From an uncultured Gemmatimonadales bacterium (GTDB taxonomy: Bacteria; Gemmatimonadota; Gemmatimonadetes; Gemmatimonadales; GWC2-71-9): a DNA stretch of 64,000 nt. Shown one piece after another: positions 9,834-18,907 of the stretch. The notes below the pieces were generated by a model, which did no database searches, was not told the origin of the DNA, and worked only from the letters and a program-made list of their open reading frames with translations. The first letter of the stretch is position 1. Each line of letters starts with the position of its first letter. Where the stretch lies: NCBI GenBank assembly GCA_963830455.1, contig CAWHMT010000004.1:39431-103430 (forward strand). The letters run 5' to 3'. A program made the translations under genes and the position numbers.

Positions 9834-10814
9834 CTAGTACCAATTCTTCTCCCACGCGTGCGGGCGTAGCTTCGTCAACAGTGCCGGCGGCAGCGCGCCC
9901 CTGGTCGCCGCCATCGCGTTCTGCCGCACGTGCGCCGGCCGGCGCATGCCCGGAATCACCGTCGAGACTTCGGGCGCCGAAAGGCAGAACCGGAGCGCCA
10001 ACTCGGGCAGCGTCTGCACCTGTTCGTCCAGCACTCCCGCGAGCGCTTTCCCGCGGCGCTCCGCCTCGGCTTTGCGATCGCCCGCGAAGTACTCCGAGCG
10101 CCAGTCGCCCGGCGGAAACACCGTGTCGGCCTTGATCTGCCCGGTGAGCGCGCCCTCGTCGAACGGCACGCGCCCGATGATGCCGAGCGGCTTTTTCCTC
10201 GCGAGGTCGAACAGCGCCTTCTCGGGCGAGCGGTCGTAGATATTGTAAATCACCTGCGCGGTTTCGAAGATCGGATCGGTGAGTACGCGCAGCGCGGTCT
10301 CGGGCGCGTGATCGTTGATCGAGATGCCCCAGTGCAGGACCTTCCCTTCATCTTTAAGACGCTTGATCTGCTCAAACGAGGCCGGCCAGTCGGGATCCGC
10401 GAGCCAGACGTCGTTCCACACGTGCAGCTGCTGCACGGACAGCGCGTCGACGCGCAGGTTCTTAAGCGAGTTCTCGGTACTGGACCGGATGTACTTGGCG
10501 GGGAAGACGTCGCCGAGCCTGTAGTCGGCGCGCCCCGGCCATTGGCGATTCATGGGCGGGATCTTCGTCGCCACGATGACGCGCTCGGCGCGAATGTCGT
10601 CCTTGAGCGTCTCGCCGATCACGCGCTCGCTATGCCCGTTCCCGTACGCGAGCGCGGTGTCGAAGAAGGTGATCCCCTGATCGACGGCTTCGCGCAGCGC
10701 TTTGCGGCCTTCGGCGTCGTCCACGCCGCGCCACATCTCGCCGCCGATACCCCAGCCGCCGAAACCGATCTCCGAAACCTTGTAGCCGGTCGCTCCCAGC
10801 ATCCGTTGTTTCAT
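9834..10814 (-). CDS. aldo/keto reductase
   Basis: 326 aa. MKQRMLGATGYKVSEIGFGGWGIGG..., FFDTALAYGNGHSE. Confidence 0.9.
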   Translation of the reverse strand: MKQRMLGATGYKVSEIGFGGWGIGGEMWRGVDDAEGRKALREAVDQGITFFDTALAYGNGHSERVIGETLKDDIRAERVIVATKIPPMNRQWPGRADYRLGDVFPAKYIRSSTENSLKNLRVDALSVQQLHVWNDVWLADPDWPASFEQIKRLKDEGKVLHWGISINDHAPETALRVLTDPIFETAQVIYNIYDRSPEKALFDLARKKPLGIIGRVPFDEGALTGQIKADTVFPPGDWRSEYFAGDRKAEAERRGKALAGVLDEQVQTLPELALRFCLSAPEVSTVIPGMRRPAHVRQNAMAATRGALPPALLTKLRPHAWEKNWY

Positions 10815-10824
10815 GACGGCCCTC

Positions 10825-13515
10825 TCACTTAGCGACGGTAAACTCGTAGCTCCCGGATCCCACGGTGACGATCACGTCCTCGCCGGCCTGCCGTGCGTCG
10901 CGCATCCCGGCTGTCATCCGCACATGGTCGACGGTCGTGTCCCACAGCGTCACCTCGGCGGCGGTGTTGGGCGGCACGGTGACATTCAGCACGAACCGCT
11001 GGCCCCCCCCATCGAGCCGCCACGACGACATCACGGTGCCGTAGGATGTCTCGAGCGTCACGCGAGCATGCGTGAGGCCGGCACCGAGTCGCGGCGCGAT
11101 CCGGACTCGCTTCCCGCCGGGTGCGCCCGGATCGAGGTTGATCCCGCCGATCGTGCGGTACATCCAGTCGCCGACCGCGCCGAACGCGTAATGATTGAAG
11201 GAGTTCATCCCGACATCCTGGAACGAGCTGTCGGGGCGAATGCCATCCCACCGCTCCCACATCGTGGTGGCGCCGCGCGTGATTGGATAGAGCCACGACG
11301 GGTACGTCCGCTGCATCAACAGTCCGTAGGCCACATCGAGGTGACCGGTCGCGCTCAGCACCGGCAGCAGCTGCGGCGTGCCAAGGAAGCCCGTGGTGAG
11401 ATGCATGCCGCGAGCGCGAACCCCGGCCGCCAGGCGTGCCGCGGCCGCCGGCACGAGACTGTCGGGCAAGAGGTCGAACGCGAGCGCTAACGCATACGCC
11501 GTCTGCGTATTCTCCCCCACTCGGCCGCCGGCGGAGACGAATTCGCGATTGAACGCCGTGCGTACGTCGCGAAACAGGCTGTCATAGCGCGCGGCATCGC
11601 CGGCTTTCCCCAACGCCCGGGCCGCGCGCGCGACCAGATTGGCCGAGTGGGCGAGATAGGCGGTCGCGATGTAGTCGGTGTTGGTGGTCGCGCCGGGATA
11701 CGAGGGGTCGTCGCTATGCAGCGCGAGCCAGTCACCGAACTGCCACCCCGGCTGCCAAATCAGATCCGCGCCGGCGCGGCGCCGCTCGAATTCGACCCAG
11801 GCGCGCATGCTCGGATACTGGCGCTCGAGCAGGCCGCGGTCGCCGTACGCGACGTACATCGTCCACGGCACGATCACCGCCGCGTCACTCCAGCCGGCGG
11901 TCCCCGCCCCTTCGACCGAATCGCCGCCGAGGACGTTCGGAATCACCCACGGCACACTCCCGCTCGCGTGCTGATCGGCGGCGACATCGCCGAGCCACTT
12001 CGCGAAGAAGCCGGCCACGTCCATGTTGAAGGCCGCGGTACTCGCAAACACCTGCGCGTCCCCCGTCCAGCCAAGGCGCTCGTCTCGCTGCGGGCAGTCG
12101 GTTGGAACGTCGAGGAAGTTGCTGCGCTGCCCCCACACGATGTTCTGCTGCAGCCGGTTGAGCAGCGAATCCGACGTCTCGAACGATCCCGTTTGGGCGA
12201 GATCGGACGACACGGCGACTCCGGTGATCGTTGCCGTATCGCCGGCGGCGGGAAGTCCCGTCGCGCCGACGTAACGGAAACCATGGAAGGTGAAATGCGG
12301 CTCGTAGATCTCTTCGCCGCCGCCCTTCAGCGTGTAGCGGTCGGTCTGAGCCGCGCGGCGCAAATTGGCGGTGTAGAGATTGCCGTCGCGATCCAACACC
12401 TCGGCGAACCGCAGGGTGACGACCGTACCCGCGGCGCCTCGCACCTTGAGCCGTGCCCACCCCGTGAAGTTCTGACCGAGGTCGAAGATGGTTTCGCCCG
12501 AGGCGCTGCGGCGCATGCTGATGGGCTTGAGCTCCCGCACCCGGCGGACGGGCGGTGCTTCTGGTGCGATCAGTTTCGTGCTCGGCGGATCGAGCACGAC
12601 AACTCGCGCCCACTCCTGATCGTCGTATGCGGCGCGATCCCACCCCGACCGCTCACGGCGCGCGTCGTACGTTTCGCCGCCGTAGATGTCGGACGCCTGA
12701 ATCGGGCCCGTGGCCGTCCGCCACTGCGAGTCGGAGACGACGCGCTCGATCTTTCCATTCTGATAAATGATCTCGAGCTGCAGGCGGACGCCGATCCGCT
12801 GGCCATACACATTGCGCCGTCCCTCGAAGCCGAGTTGGCCGCGATACCAACCGTCACCCAGCACCGCACCGAGCGCGTTGTCGCCGGGTTTGAGCAGCTT
12901 CGTGACGTCGTAGGTCTGATACTGGAGGCGGCGAGAGTAGGACGTCCAACCCGGGGTGAACAGCTGATCGCCCACGCGCGTGCCGTTCAAGTACGCTTCG
13001 TACAATCCGAGGCTCGTGGCGTACAGTCGCGCTCTCGCCACAACCCCGCTCACGCGAAATGCGCGACGGAACAGCGGCGAGGGACCTCCCACGCTGTCGG
13101 TTGGACCAGGCGCCGTGCCGATCCAAGCAGCGGTCCATTGGGACGGCTCGAGCAGTCCCATTTCCCAGAACCCGAGCTCGCTCCATGGCGATACGCGACC
13201 CTTGCCGTCCCAGACACGCACGCGCCATTCGTAGCGCCGCCGAGATTCAGGATCAGGACCACCATAAGCGACAAACACGGAAGCGTCGCCCGACGTGCGT
13301 CCCGTGGCCCAGATGAGCCGCCCGCTCCGCGTCACCTCGATCTCGTAGGCGGACTGGACGGTGTTGTGCTCGGCGCTCGTGATGCGCCAACTCAACCGCG
13401 GTCGTACGGCATCGATGCCGAGGGGGTTGGCCAGATACTCGACGCGCAGCCCGGTCACGCCAAGCGACGGCTGTTGGATCGCGATGAACGCTAGGAGCTG
13501 CAGGGTCCCGATCAT
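10825..13515 (-). CDS. alpha-L-rhamnosidase (GH78)
   Basis: 896 aa. N-terminal LRVEYLANPLGIDAVRPRLSWRI, central DCPQRDERLGWTGDAQVF and C-terminal modules are characteristic of GH78. Confidence 0.85.
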   Translation of the reverse strand: MIGTLQLLAFIAIQQPSLGVTGLRVEYLANPLGIDAVRPRLSWRITSAEHNTVQSAYEIEVTRSGRLIWATGRTSGDASVFVAYGGPDPESRRRYEWRVRVWDGKGRVSPWSELGFWEMGLLEPSQWTAAWIGTAPGPTDSVGGPSPLFRRAFRVSGVVARARLYATSLGLYEAYLNGTRVGDQLFTPGWTSYSRRLQYQTYDVTKLLKPGDNALGAVLGDGWYRGQLGFEGRRNVYGQRIGVRLQLEIIYQNGKIERVVSDSQWRTATGPIQASDIYGGETYDARRERSGWDRAAYDDQEWARVVVLDPPSTKLIAPEAPPVRRVRELKPISMRRSASGETIFDLGQNFTGWARLKVRGAAGTVVTLRFAEVLDRDGNLYTANLRRAAQTDRYTLKGGGEEIYEPHFTFHGFRYVGATGLPAAGDTATITGVAVSSDLAQTGSFETSDSLLNRLQQNIVWGQRSNFLDVPTDCPQRDERLGWTGDAQVFASTAAFNMDVAGFFAKWLGDVAADQHASGSVPWVIPNVLGGDSVEGAGTAGWSDAAVIVPWTMYVAYGDRGLLERQYPSMRAWVEFERRRAGADLIWQPGWQFGDWLALHSDDPSYPGATTNTDYIATAYLAHSANLVARAARALGKAGDAARYDSLFRDVRTAFNREFVSAGGRVGENTQTAYALALAFDLLPDSLVPAAAARLAAGVRARGMHLTTGFLGTPQLLPVLSATGHLDVAYGLLMQRTYPSWLYPITRGATTMWERWDGIRPDSSFQDVGMNSFNHYAFGAVGDWMYRTIGGINLDPGAPGGKRVRIAPRLGAGLTHARVTLETSYGTVMSSWRLDGGGQRFVLNVTVPPNTAAEVTLWDTTVDHVRMTAGMRDARQAGEDVIVTVGSGSYEFTVAK

Positions 13516-15668
13516 TGGCCGCCGCTTCCAAACTGGCGCGAGTATTTCACGATGAACGAGCGAGCGTATGGCTCGTTCAAGCTAAAAAAGCTGTCGGCGG
13601 AGCGTCCCTCGTTGAACACGACGAACAGCCCGTTGCCAGCGGTGCTGAGCCAACTGAAGCGCGCGTTTGCGGACCACGCCTGCACCTGGTTGCTGTACTG
13701 CACGAGGGTCTGGAACATGATGCGTGGCGTGAAGAAGAACGCGACCCGGGCATTGATCAGCTTGCGGATGAAGTCTCCCTCGACCAGGCGCACGTCGTTG
13801 TACTCTGTGGTGAGGGATGTGTTGAAGAAGCTTCCGCTGCGCGCCCCCACGGAGACCACGCCACCGGCCCGAGTCCCATCGTAAAATCCGCCGATGTCCG
13901 CGCGCAACGTCAGCCAGAACGGCGCGCTCGGGTTGGTGGCGAGATCAAAGCCGAGTGATGTGTAGTCGTACGAGCCGGCGGGGAGCGTCACCCCCGGGGA
14001 GATCTCGAACGGCTGCTCCAGGCCTTGATGCTCGACGTTCGCCTCGGGACCGAACCGGCCGCCGTTGGCGAGATCGAACTCGGTGAGATCGAGGTGAAGC
14101 CGTCCTTCCTGCCAGAAACCGTTGAGCCGGTAGTAGCCGCGATAGCTGGCGTGCGGGAGCCACTCCTTGAGCCACGGGATGCCGGGGAAACGTTGCTTCC
14201 ACATCAGGCCGGCCTCGTAGTAGCGATAGCCGCCGGTCCGATTGAGGAATCCCACCTGCGGATCGAACTCGCTTCCGACCTGGATGTAACGCGCGACGTT
14301 GCTCCACCGCTGCGTTTCAAGCCCTAGCCGCGCGCTGTACGCGATGTCGTCATTGGGACCGGGCTTCGCAGATCCCGCGCCCCACCAATCCACGGTCCAC
14401 GCGTCGCCCATGCCGATGCGCCCGTCCACGCCGAAGACGCGATTCCAGCCTCCGGCCACGTCGGTCGCCATGCGCTGCACGCCGATGACGCCGATGCGCG
14501 ATCTGGTCGCGAGCTCGCGCCCCACCTTGAATACGGAATAGCCCTGATCCTCGGTAAAGATCTGCAGGCCGCCCACGGTCAGCCCGCTCAGGCGGCCCGT
14601 CACGCGGCCACCGCCCACGATGGGCACCGGCTGGCCGAGCGCGTCGATGCCGATGCGGCGGGTAAAGAATAGATCGACGGCTTGCGGCGTACCAGCGGAG
14701 AAGATTCCGGCATTCTCGAGAAAGAACGGACGCTTCTCCGGAAAGAACAGCGGGAAGCGGGTGAGGTTAGTGCGCTGCTCGTCGACCTCGACCTGCGCGA
14801 AGTCGGTATTGTAGGTGAGGTCGAGCGTGAGACTCTGTGTGAGCCCGACTTTCAGGTCGCCGCCCACCTCGCTGCGACTGTGTGCCTCGGGCTCGATCAG
14901 ATAGTTGCGTTCCCTCCCGGTGAGCGCGTACGGCGTGACGTACCAGACGCGCCGCGAGGGCACCTGCACGCCTTGGAGCGTCCCCGCATGCGAGATCTTA
15001 TTGAGAGTGAACTGGCGCGGGATGAACGACCAGAACGCTTCTTCACTTTTGCGCCGGATGCTGCGGACGAGATTGAGTCCCCAGGTTTGCGTCTCGCCCG
15101 GGCCAAAGCGCAGCGTGGTAAAGGGAATCCGAAACTCGGCGTACCACCCGGCGGAGTCGACCGAGGTGGCGACGGTCCAGGTCCCGTCCCAGTTGATGTT
15201 GAACCCGCCCAGCGCGCCGGCCGTGGCCGACGTCTGGCCGGGGAGCTGGACTCCACCACCTTCGCCCTCGTTAACGACCTGTGCGTCGTACTCGATCGCG
15301 GCCGGTGTGGTCGTGAACACGAACCCATTCTGCCGGTCGTGATAGGTATCAAAGAGAATGCCGAAGTAGTCGCTCTTGGAGATGTCGCCGTCGCGCACCT
15401 GCGCGCCGGGGACGATGGAAGTGGGGTCCGTGTCGTAGAGCCAGGCGCCCACGTACACCGCCTCGCCGTCGGTAATGATGCGGACTTCGGTCCGCTCGGT
15501 GACCGGCTGCCCTTCGTGCAGCTCGCGCTGGATGAACCCACTCACTGGACTCGCGTCCAGCCACGCGGCGTCGGTCAGGCGACCGTCGATCACGGGTGGT
15601 GTGGAGACAGCGCGCGAGGTCGCTGTTGGGCCCTGCGCGGCAGAGACCAAGAGGATGACGGCGAGCAT
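13512..15668 (-). CDS. CBM9-like / DUF5916 outer-membrane protein
   Basis: 718 aa with a signal peptide. N-terminal PVIDGRLTDAAWLDASPVSGFIQREL...EVRIITDGEAVYVGAWLYD (CBM9-like), followed by a long beta-rich region ending in aromatic residues. Confidence 0.7.
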   Translation of the reverse strand: MLAVILLVSAAQGPTATSRAVSTPPVIDGRLTDAAWLDASPVSGFIQRELHEGQPVTERTEVRIITDGEAVYVGAWLYDTDPTSIVPGAQVRDGDISKSDYFGILFDTYHDRQNGFVFTTTPAAIEYDAQVVNEGEGGGVQLPGQTSATAGALGGFNINWDGTWTVATSVDSAGWYAEFRIPFTTLRFGPGETQTWGLNLVRSIRRKSEEAFWSFIPRQFTLNKISHAGTLQGVQVPSRRVWYVTPYALTGRERNYLIEPEAHSRSEVGGDLKVGLTQSLTLDLTYNTDFAQVEVDEQRTNLTRFPLFFPEKRPFFLENAGIFSAGTPQAVDLFFTRRIGIDALGQPVPIVGGGRVTGRLSGLTVGGLQIFTEDQGYSVFKVGRELATRSRIGVIGVQRMATDVAGGWNRVFGVDGRIGMGDAWTVDWWGAGSAKPGPNDDIAYSARLGLETQRWSNVARYIQVGSEFDPQVGFLNRTGGYRYYEAGLMWKQRFPGIPWLKEWLPHASYRGYYRLNGFWQEGRLHLDLTEFDLANGGRFGPEANVEHQGLEQPFEISPGVTLPAGSYDYTSLGFDLATNPSAPFWLTLRADIGGFYDGTRAGGVVSVGARSGSFFNTSLTTEYNDVRLVEGDFIRKLINARVAFFFTPRIMFQTLVQYSNQVQAWSANARFSWLSTAGNGLFVVFNEGRSADSFFSLNEPYARSFIVKYSRQFGSGGQ

Positions 15669-15703
15669 GAGCCCCGAAGATAACGCTGGCTGTTACCGGG
15701 GCG

Positions 15704-15958
15704 TTACGGACGCCTCCGTCCAACAATTGCGCGGTACGCGAGGAGCAGCAGCACGGCGCCAATAATCGAAGCGATCCAGCCGGCGCTCTCGCCGGCCGAG
15801 TAGATACCCAGCACCCGGCCCAGCCATGTACCCAACAAGGCTCCCGCAATACCCAGCAGGATCGTCACGATCCACCCGCCGGGATCGCGCCCCGGCACCA
15901 GCAGCTTGGCGATGGCGCCGATGATCAGTCCGATCACCAGAGTAGCTATCAGACCCAT
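15704..15958 (-). CDS. GlsB/YeaQ/YmgE-family stress-response membrane protein
   Basis: 84 aa. MGLIATLVIGLIIGAIAKLLVPGRDPGGWIVTILLGIAGALLGTWLG. Confidence 0.85.
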   Translation of the reverse strand: MGLIATLVIGLIIGAIAKLLVPGRDPGGWIVTILLGIAGALLGTWLGRVLGIYSAGESAGWIASIIGAVLLLLAYRAIVGRRRP

Positions 15959-16083
15959 AACACCTCCACCTCGGTGAGAGAATGGAGCACTCTACTTCAC
16001 TTTCCCGGTCTTGTCGAATCGCTCGCGAAAACCCTCGCTCTTGACGATCTCTTGCGGGAGGCTGTGACGGGCTCATGGCCGCC

Positions 16084-17163
16084 TCAATACTCGTCGAAAT
16101 AGCGCTGGATCACCTTCGGATCGCTCGTCTTGGTCAACGCCAGGCGCAGCAACACGCGCGCTTTTTGCGGGTTGAGTCCCAGCGATGCAACAAAGCCGTA
16201 CTTGTCATCGTCGATCTCGACGTTCCGCCCGACATTCCCTGTGGTGACCCGCGACGAACGCACGCACACGATGCCCTTTTTCGCCTGCGCCGCGAGCGCG
16301 GTGACCGCTGTGGCGGTCATGTTGCCGTTGCCGACACCGGCGATCACGATCCCCTTGGCACCGGCCGCGACGGCCGCGTTGATCATCGCGCCGTCCATGT
16401 TCTCCGATGCCATGATGATGTCGACTCGGGGCAACACGGTGGTGTTGTCGACGGAGAACTCGGATGTGGTCGTGTTCTTCCCCACCGGGCCCCGGTAGAA
16501 CTCGGGCTGCCCATACGAGACGGTGCCGATCAGGCCCGAGATCGGGGAGAGAAAGGTCTGCACTGCGGTCGTGCTGGTCTTGGTGAGTGAGCCCGCGCCG
16601 TGAATCCAGTCATTGACGACCACGAGCACGCCACGACCGGCGGCCTGCGGGCTGGCCGCGACTCCGACCGCGTTATAGAAGTTGAGCGGACCGTCAGCCG
16701 AGAGTGCGGTGGACGGGCGCATGGAGCCCGTCAGCACGACCGGCTTGGCCGATTTCACGACGAGGTTGAGGAAGTATGCCGTCTCCTCGATGGTATCCGT
16801 CCCGTGCGTGATGACGACGCCGGCGACGTCGGGCTGCGCCAGCAGCGCGTTGATCCGCGTCGCCAGCTTGATCCAGACCGAGTCATTCATATCCTGCGAG
16901 CCGATGTTGGCAATCTGCTCGCCGCGCAGATTGGCCAGTTTCTTCGCCTGTGGCACAGCCGCGAGCAGCTGTTCGACGCCGACCTGGCCGCTGGTGTAGC
17001 CGGCCTGCACGTCACTCGCGGCCGCGCCAGCAATGGTCCCGCCGGTCGCGAGCACCACGATAGTGGGGAGGGCAGGACCGCTGCTTCTTGCAGGCGCAGG
17101 CGTCTGTGACAACGCGATCGAGGTGGCGATCGCCAGCATTGGTACGAAAACGAGCACTCGCAT
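16084..17163 (-). CDS. ansB: periplasmic L-asparaginase, type II
   Basis: Start chosen at ATG 17163 (MRVLVFVPMLAIATSIALSQ, GGAGGG RBS 5 nt upstream). Catalytic motif IVVLATGGTIAG and ITHGTDTIEETAYFL. Confidence 0.85.
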   Translation of the reverse strand: MRVLVFVPMLAIATSIALSQTPAPARSSGPALPTIVVLATGGTIAGAAASDVQAGYTSGQVGVEQLLAAVPQAKKLANLRGEQIANIGSQDMNDSVWIKLATRINALLAQPDVAGVVITHGTDTIEETAYFLNLVVKSAKPVVLTGSMRPSTALSADGPLNFYNAVGVAASPQAAGRGVLVVVNDWIHGAGSLTKTSTTAVQTFLSPISGLIGTVSYGQPEFYRGPVGKNTTTSEFSVDNTTVLPRVDIIMASENMDGAMINAAVAAGAKGIVIAGVGNGNMTATAVTALAAQAKKGIVCVRSSRVTTGNVGRNVEIDDDKYGFVASLGLNPQKARVLLRLALTKTSDPKVIQRYFDEY

Positions 17164-17266
17164 CTGACCCTCCTTCACCTTGTTCGAAGCGACCATCGCT
17201 TACCGATGAAGAGCGTAGGAGGAGCGGGAGGATTCGGTTACTAGACTTTGGGGCAGGAGCAAGAGA

Positions 17267-17291
17267 AACGGCGGCCATCGGCCGCCGTTTT
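17267..17291 (-). terminator. intrinsic terminator-like hairpin downstream of the tRNA pair
   Basis: 10-bp stem AACGGCGGCC/GGCCGCCGTT with a 3-nt loop. On the minus strand it is followed by TCTCTTGC (with the stem end, UUUCUCUU). On the plus strand it is followed by TTTT, so it could act bidirectionally. Confidence 0.5.
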
Positions 17292-17293
17292 GA

Positions 17294-17366
17294 TTGCCCC
17301 TCCTGGGATCGAACCAGGACTCTCCTGATCCAGAGTCAGGCGTGTTGCCAGTTACACCAAGGGGCA
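17294..17366 (-). tRNA. tRNA-Gln (anticodon CUG)
   Basis: Hand-folded cloverleaf: UGCCCCU UG GUGU AACUGGCA ACAC G CCUGA CUCUGGA UCAGG AGAGU CCUGG UUCGAUC CCAGG AGGGGCA A. Has the U1-A72 pair typical of tRNA-Gln. No encoded CCA. Confidence 0.9.
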
Positions 17367-17371
17367 GCGAA

Positions 17372-17444
17372 TGGAGCTGAGGGGGCTCGAACCCCTGACC
17401 TCCTGGGTGCGATCCAGGCGCTCTCCCAGCTGAGCTACAGCCCC
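17372..17444 (-). tRNA. tRNA-Ala (anticodon CGC)
   Basis: Hand-folded: GGGGCUG UA GCUC AGCUGGGA GAGC G CCUGG AUCGCAC CCAGG AGGUC AGGGG UUCGAGC CCCCU CAGCUCC A. The G3:U70 identity pair is present. No encoded CCA. It lies 5 nt upstream of tRNA-Gln. Confidence 0.9.
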
Positions 17445-17456
17445 GTGAGGGCGTTC

Positions 17457-17486
17457 AAACTAAACCCGCGGGGGGGTCGGATTCAA
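17457..17486 (-). promoter_or_regulatory. possible sigma70-like promoter for the tRNA pair (TTGAAT - 18 nt - TAGTTT)
   Basis: Minus-strand reading: ccTTGAATccgacccccccgcgggttTAGTTTgaacgccctcac-GGGG (tRNA 5' end). The -10 match is weak. Confidence 0.3.
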
Positions 17487-17504
17487 GGACAACATCGGCG
17501 CGCG

Positions 17505-17969
17505 CTAGCGCCCGAGCGCCTTCCGCAGATTGTTGACGAGCCCGTCGAACATCCGGCGTGAGTTGCGGCGGCGGTAGAACTGCCCGTTGAGCCACGAGCG
17601 GAATCCCGTCGGCACCCACACGTGCTTGAGCGTGACCTTGGTCGATCCCCCGGCGAAAGTCAGGCCGAAGAAGGTTTTCGATCCCGCGCGATGGTAGATC
17701 TCCACCCACCCGAACGTGTGGGGCGGCTGGAAATCGATGATCTCGATGACCGACTCGTGCTGGTTGGCGTCGCGCTGGAAGGTGAGCTTGTAGCGCGCCC
17801 CTTTACCGGCGCGTGCGCTGGTCGTGGCCTTGACCGCGATGCAGCGCGGCAGCCACTCCGGCATCCGACCTGGATCGGAGATGAGGGCGAAGACTTTGTC
17901 GATTGGCGAGGGCACGCTGGCGGAGTACGTGAACGAAACCGGTCCCATGGGGCGGGGAATATAACTCAC
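17505..17969 (-). CDS. SRPBCC (polyketide cyclase/dehydrase-like) family protein
   Basis: 154 aa. FALISDPGRMPEWLPRC and overall START/Bet v1-like pattern. GTGA start/stop overlap with rnz. Confidence 0.7.
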   Translation of the reverse strand: MSYIPRPMGPVSFTYSASVPSPIDKVFALISDPGRMPEWLPRCIAVKATTSARAGKGARYKLTFQRDANQHESVIEIIDFQPPHTFGWVEIYHRAGSKTFFGLTFAGGSTKVTLKHVWVPTGFRSWLNGQFYRRRNSRRMFDGLVNNLRKALGR

Positions 17970-18907
17970 TCGGCAAACGGCACGTCCACCTCCAGTCCGT
18001 CCTTGGCAACGCTCACATTGGGAAAGACCTCGCGCGCTTCGCGCACCAGCTCGTCCGCGCTGATCGAGTAGCGCGCGGAGACGTGGGAGAGCACGAGGCG
18101 CTTGGCCTTGGCCGCGAGGGCCACCTGTGCGGCCTCCTTCGCGGTGGCGTGGCCGGTGTCGCGCGCGCGCTCGCGTTCTTCTTCGCCGAAGGTCGCTTCG
18201 TGGATCAGCAGATCGGCCCCCTGTGCCGCATCCACGGTCGCCGCGCAGGGCCGCGTGTCGCCGGTGAATGCGACCAATCGACCGGGTCTCGTTGCGCCCA
18301 CGAAGCCGATCTGCCGTCAGACGGTCTGACCGTCAGCCAGCGTCGATGCGCTCGCCCTTCGCGAGTTTCCCCCAAAGCGGTCCCTCAGGAATTCCCGCGG
18401 CCTTCGCTTTCTCGACGTCAAATCGCCCGCGGCGCACTGCTCTTTCAGCACGTAACCGATCGATGGCCCGCCGCCGTGCTCGGTGGGAAACGCGTAGACG
18501 TCGTACCCGTCCCGCTTCCCCTTTCCCCCTTCCCCCCCAACCGTGTCGCCCGCTTTCACCTCGACGATCTCGACGGGAAACGGTGCGCGCTCGACACCGA
18601 GCTGCAGCGCCGTGCTCAGGACTTTCTTCGCGCCTTTGGGGCCGTACAGAAACAGCGGCTCCGGACGCCCCTGCAAGCCAAGCGTGCGAATCAGACCGAT
18701 GACGCCAAGGAAATGGTCGGCGTGAAAGTGCGTGAAGAAGATTTCGGAGAGCGCGAAGCTCACGCCGTAGCGCATCATCTGGCGCTGCGTGCCTTCGCCG
18801 CATTCGAACAGCAGCGTCTCGCCTTCGCGGTGAATCGCGAGGCCGGAGACGTTGCGTTCGACTGTTGGCCGGGCGGCGGACGTGCCGAGAAAGGTGACGG
18901 TTAGAAC
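17966..18907 (-). pseudogene. rnz: ribonuclease Z (metallo-beta-lactamase fold), disrupted
   Basis: Pieces: (V)LTVTFLGTSAARPTVERNVSGLAIHREGETLLFECGEGTQRQMMRYGVSFALSEIFFTHFHADHFLG...IGYVLKE (frame a). AVRRGRFDVEKAKAAGIPEGPLWGKLAKGERI (frame b, from about 18440). TLADGQTV (back in frame a from about 18335). In-frame TGA at 18317-18319. Then RQIGFVGATRPGRLVAFTGDTRP...LIHEATF...LVLSHVSARY. There is no ATG/GTG/TTG at the homologous N-terminus. Confidence 0.7.

Noticed and set aside
11647-13494. 615-aa plus-strand ORF antisense to the GH78 rhamnosidase
   Set aside because: Antisense shadow ORF with a low-complexity Arg/Gly/Ala-rich sequence; the opposite strand has clear GH78 motifs. The same reasoning applies to 2587-4107, 29123-30367, 34686-35879, 37434-38594, 38881-39903, 43678-44688, 46186-47937, 49219-50664, 51628-53295, 53735-55555 and 56196-57899.
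18317-18319. In-frame TGA in rnz as selenocysteine or a reassigned codon
   Set aside because: TGA is used as an ordinary stop by neighbouring genes (mlaE, nadE, rnz itself, SSS). No Cys or Sec is expected at this RNase Z position, and I saw no SECIS-like hairpin context beyond a small palindrome. The gene also has frameshifts, so a lesion or error is the simpler explanation.
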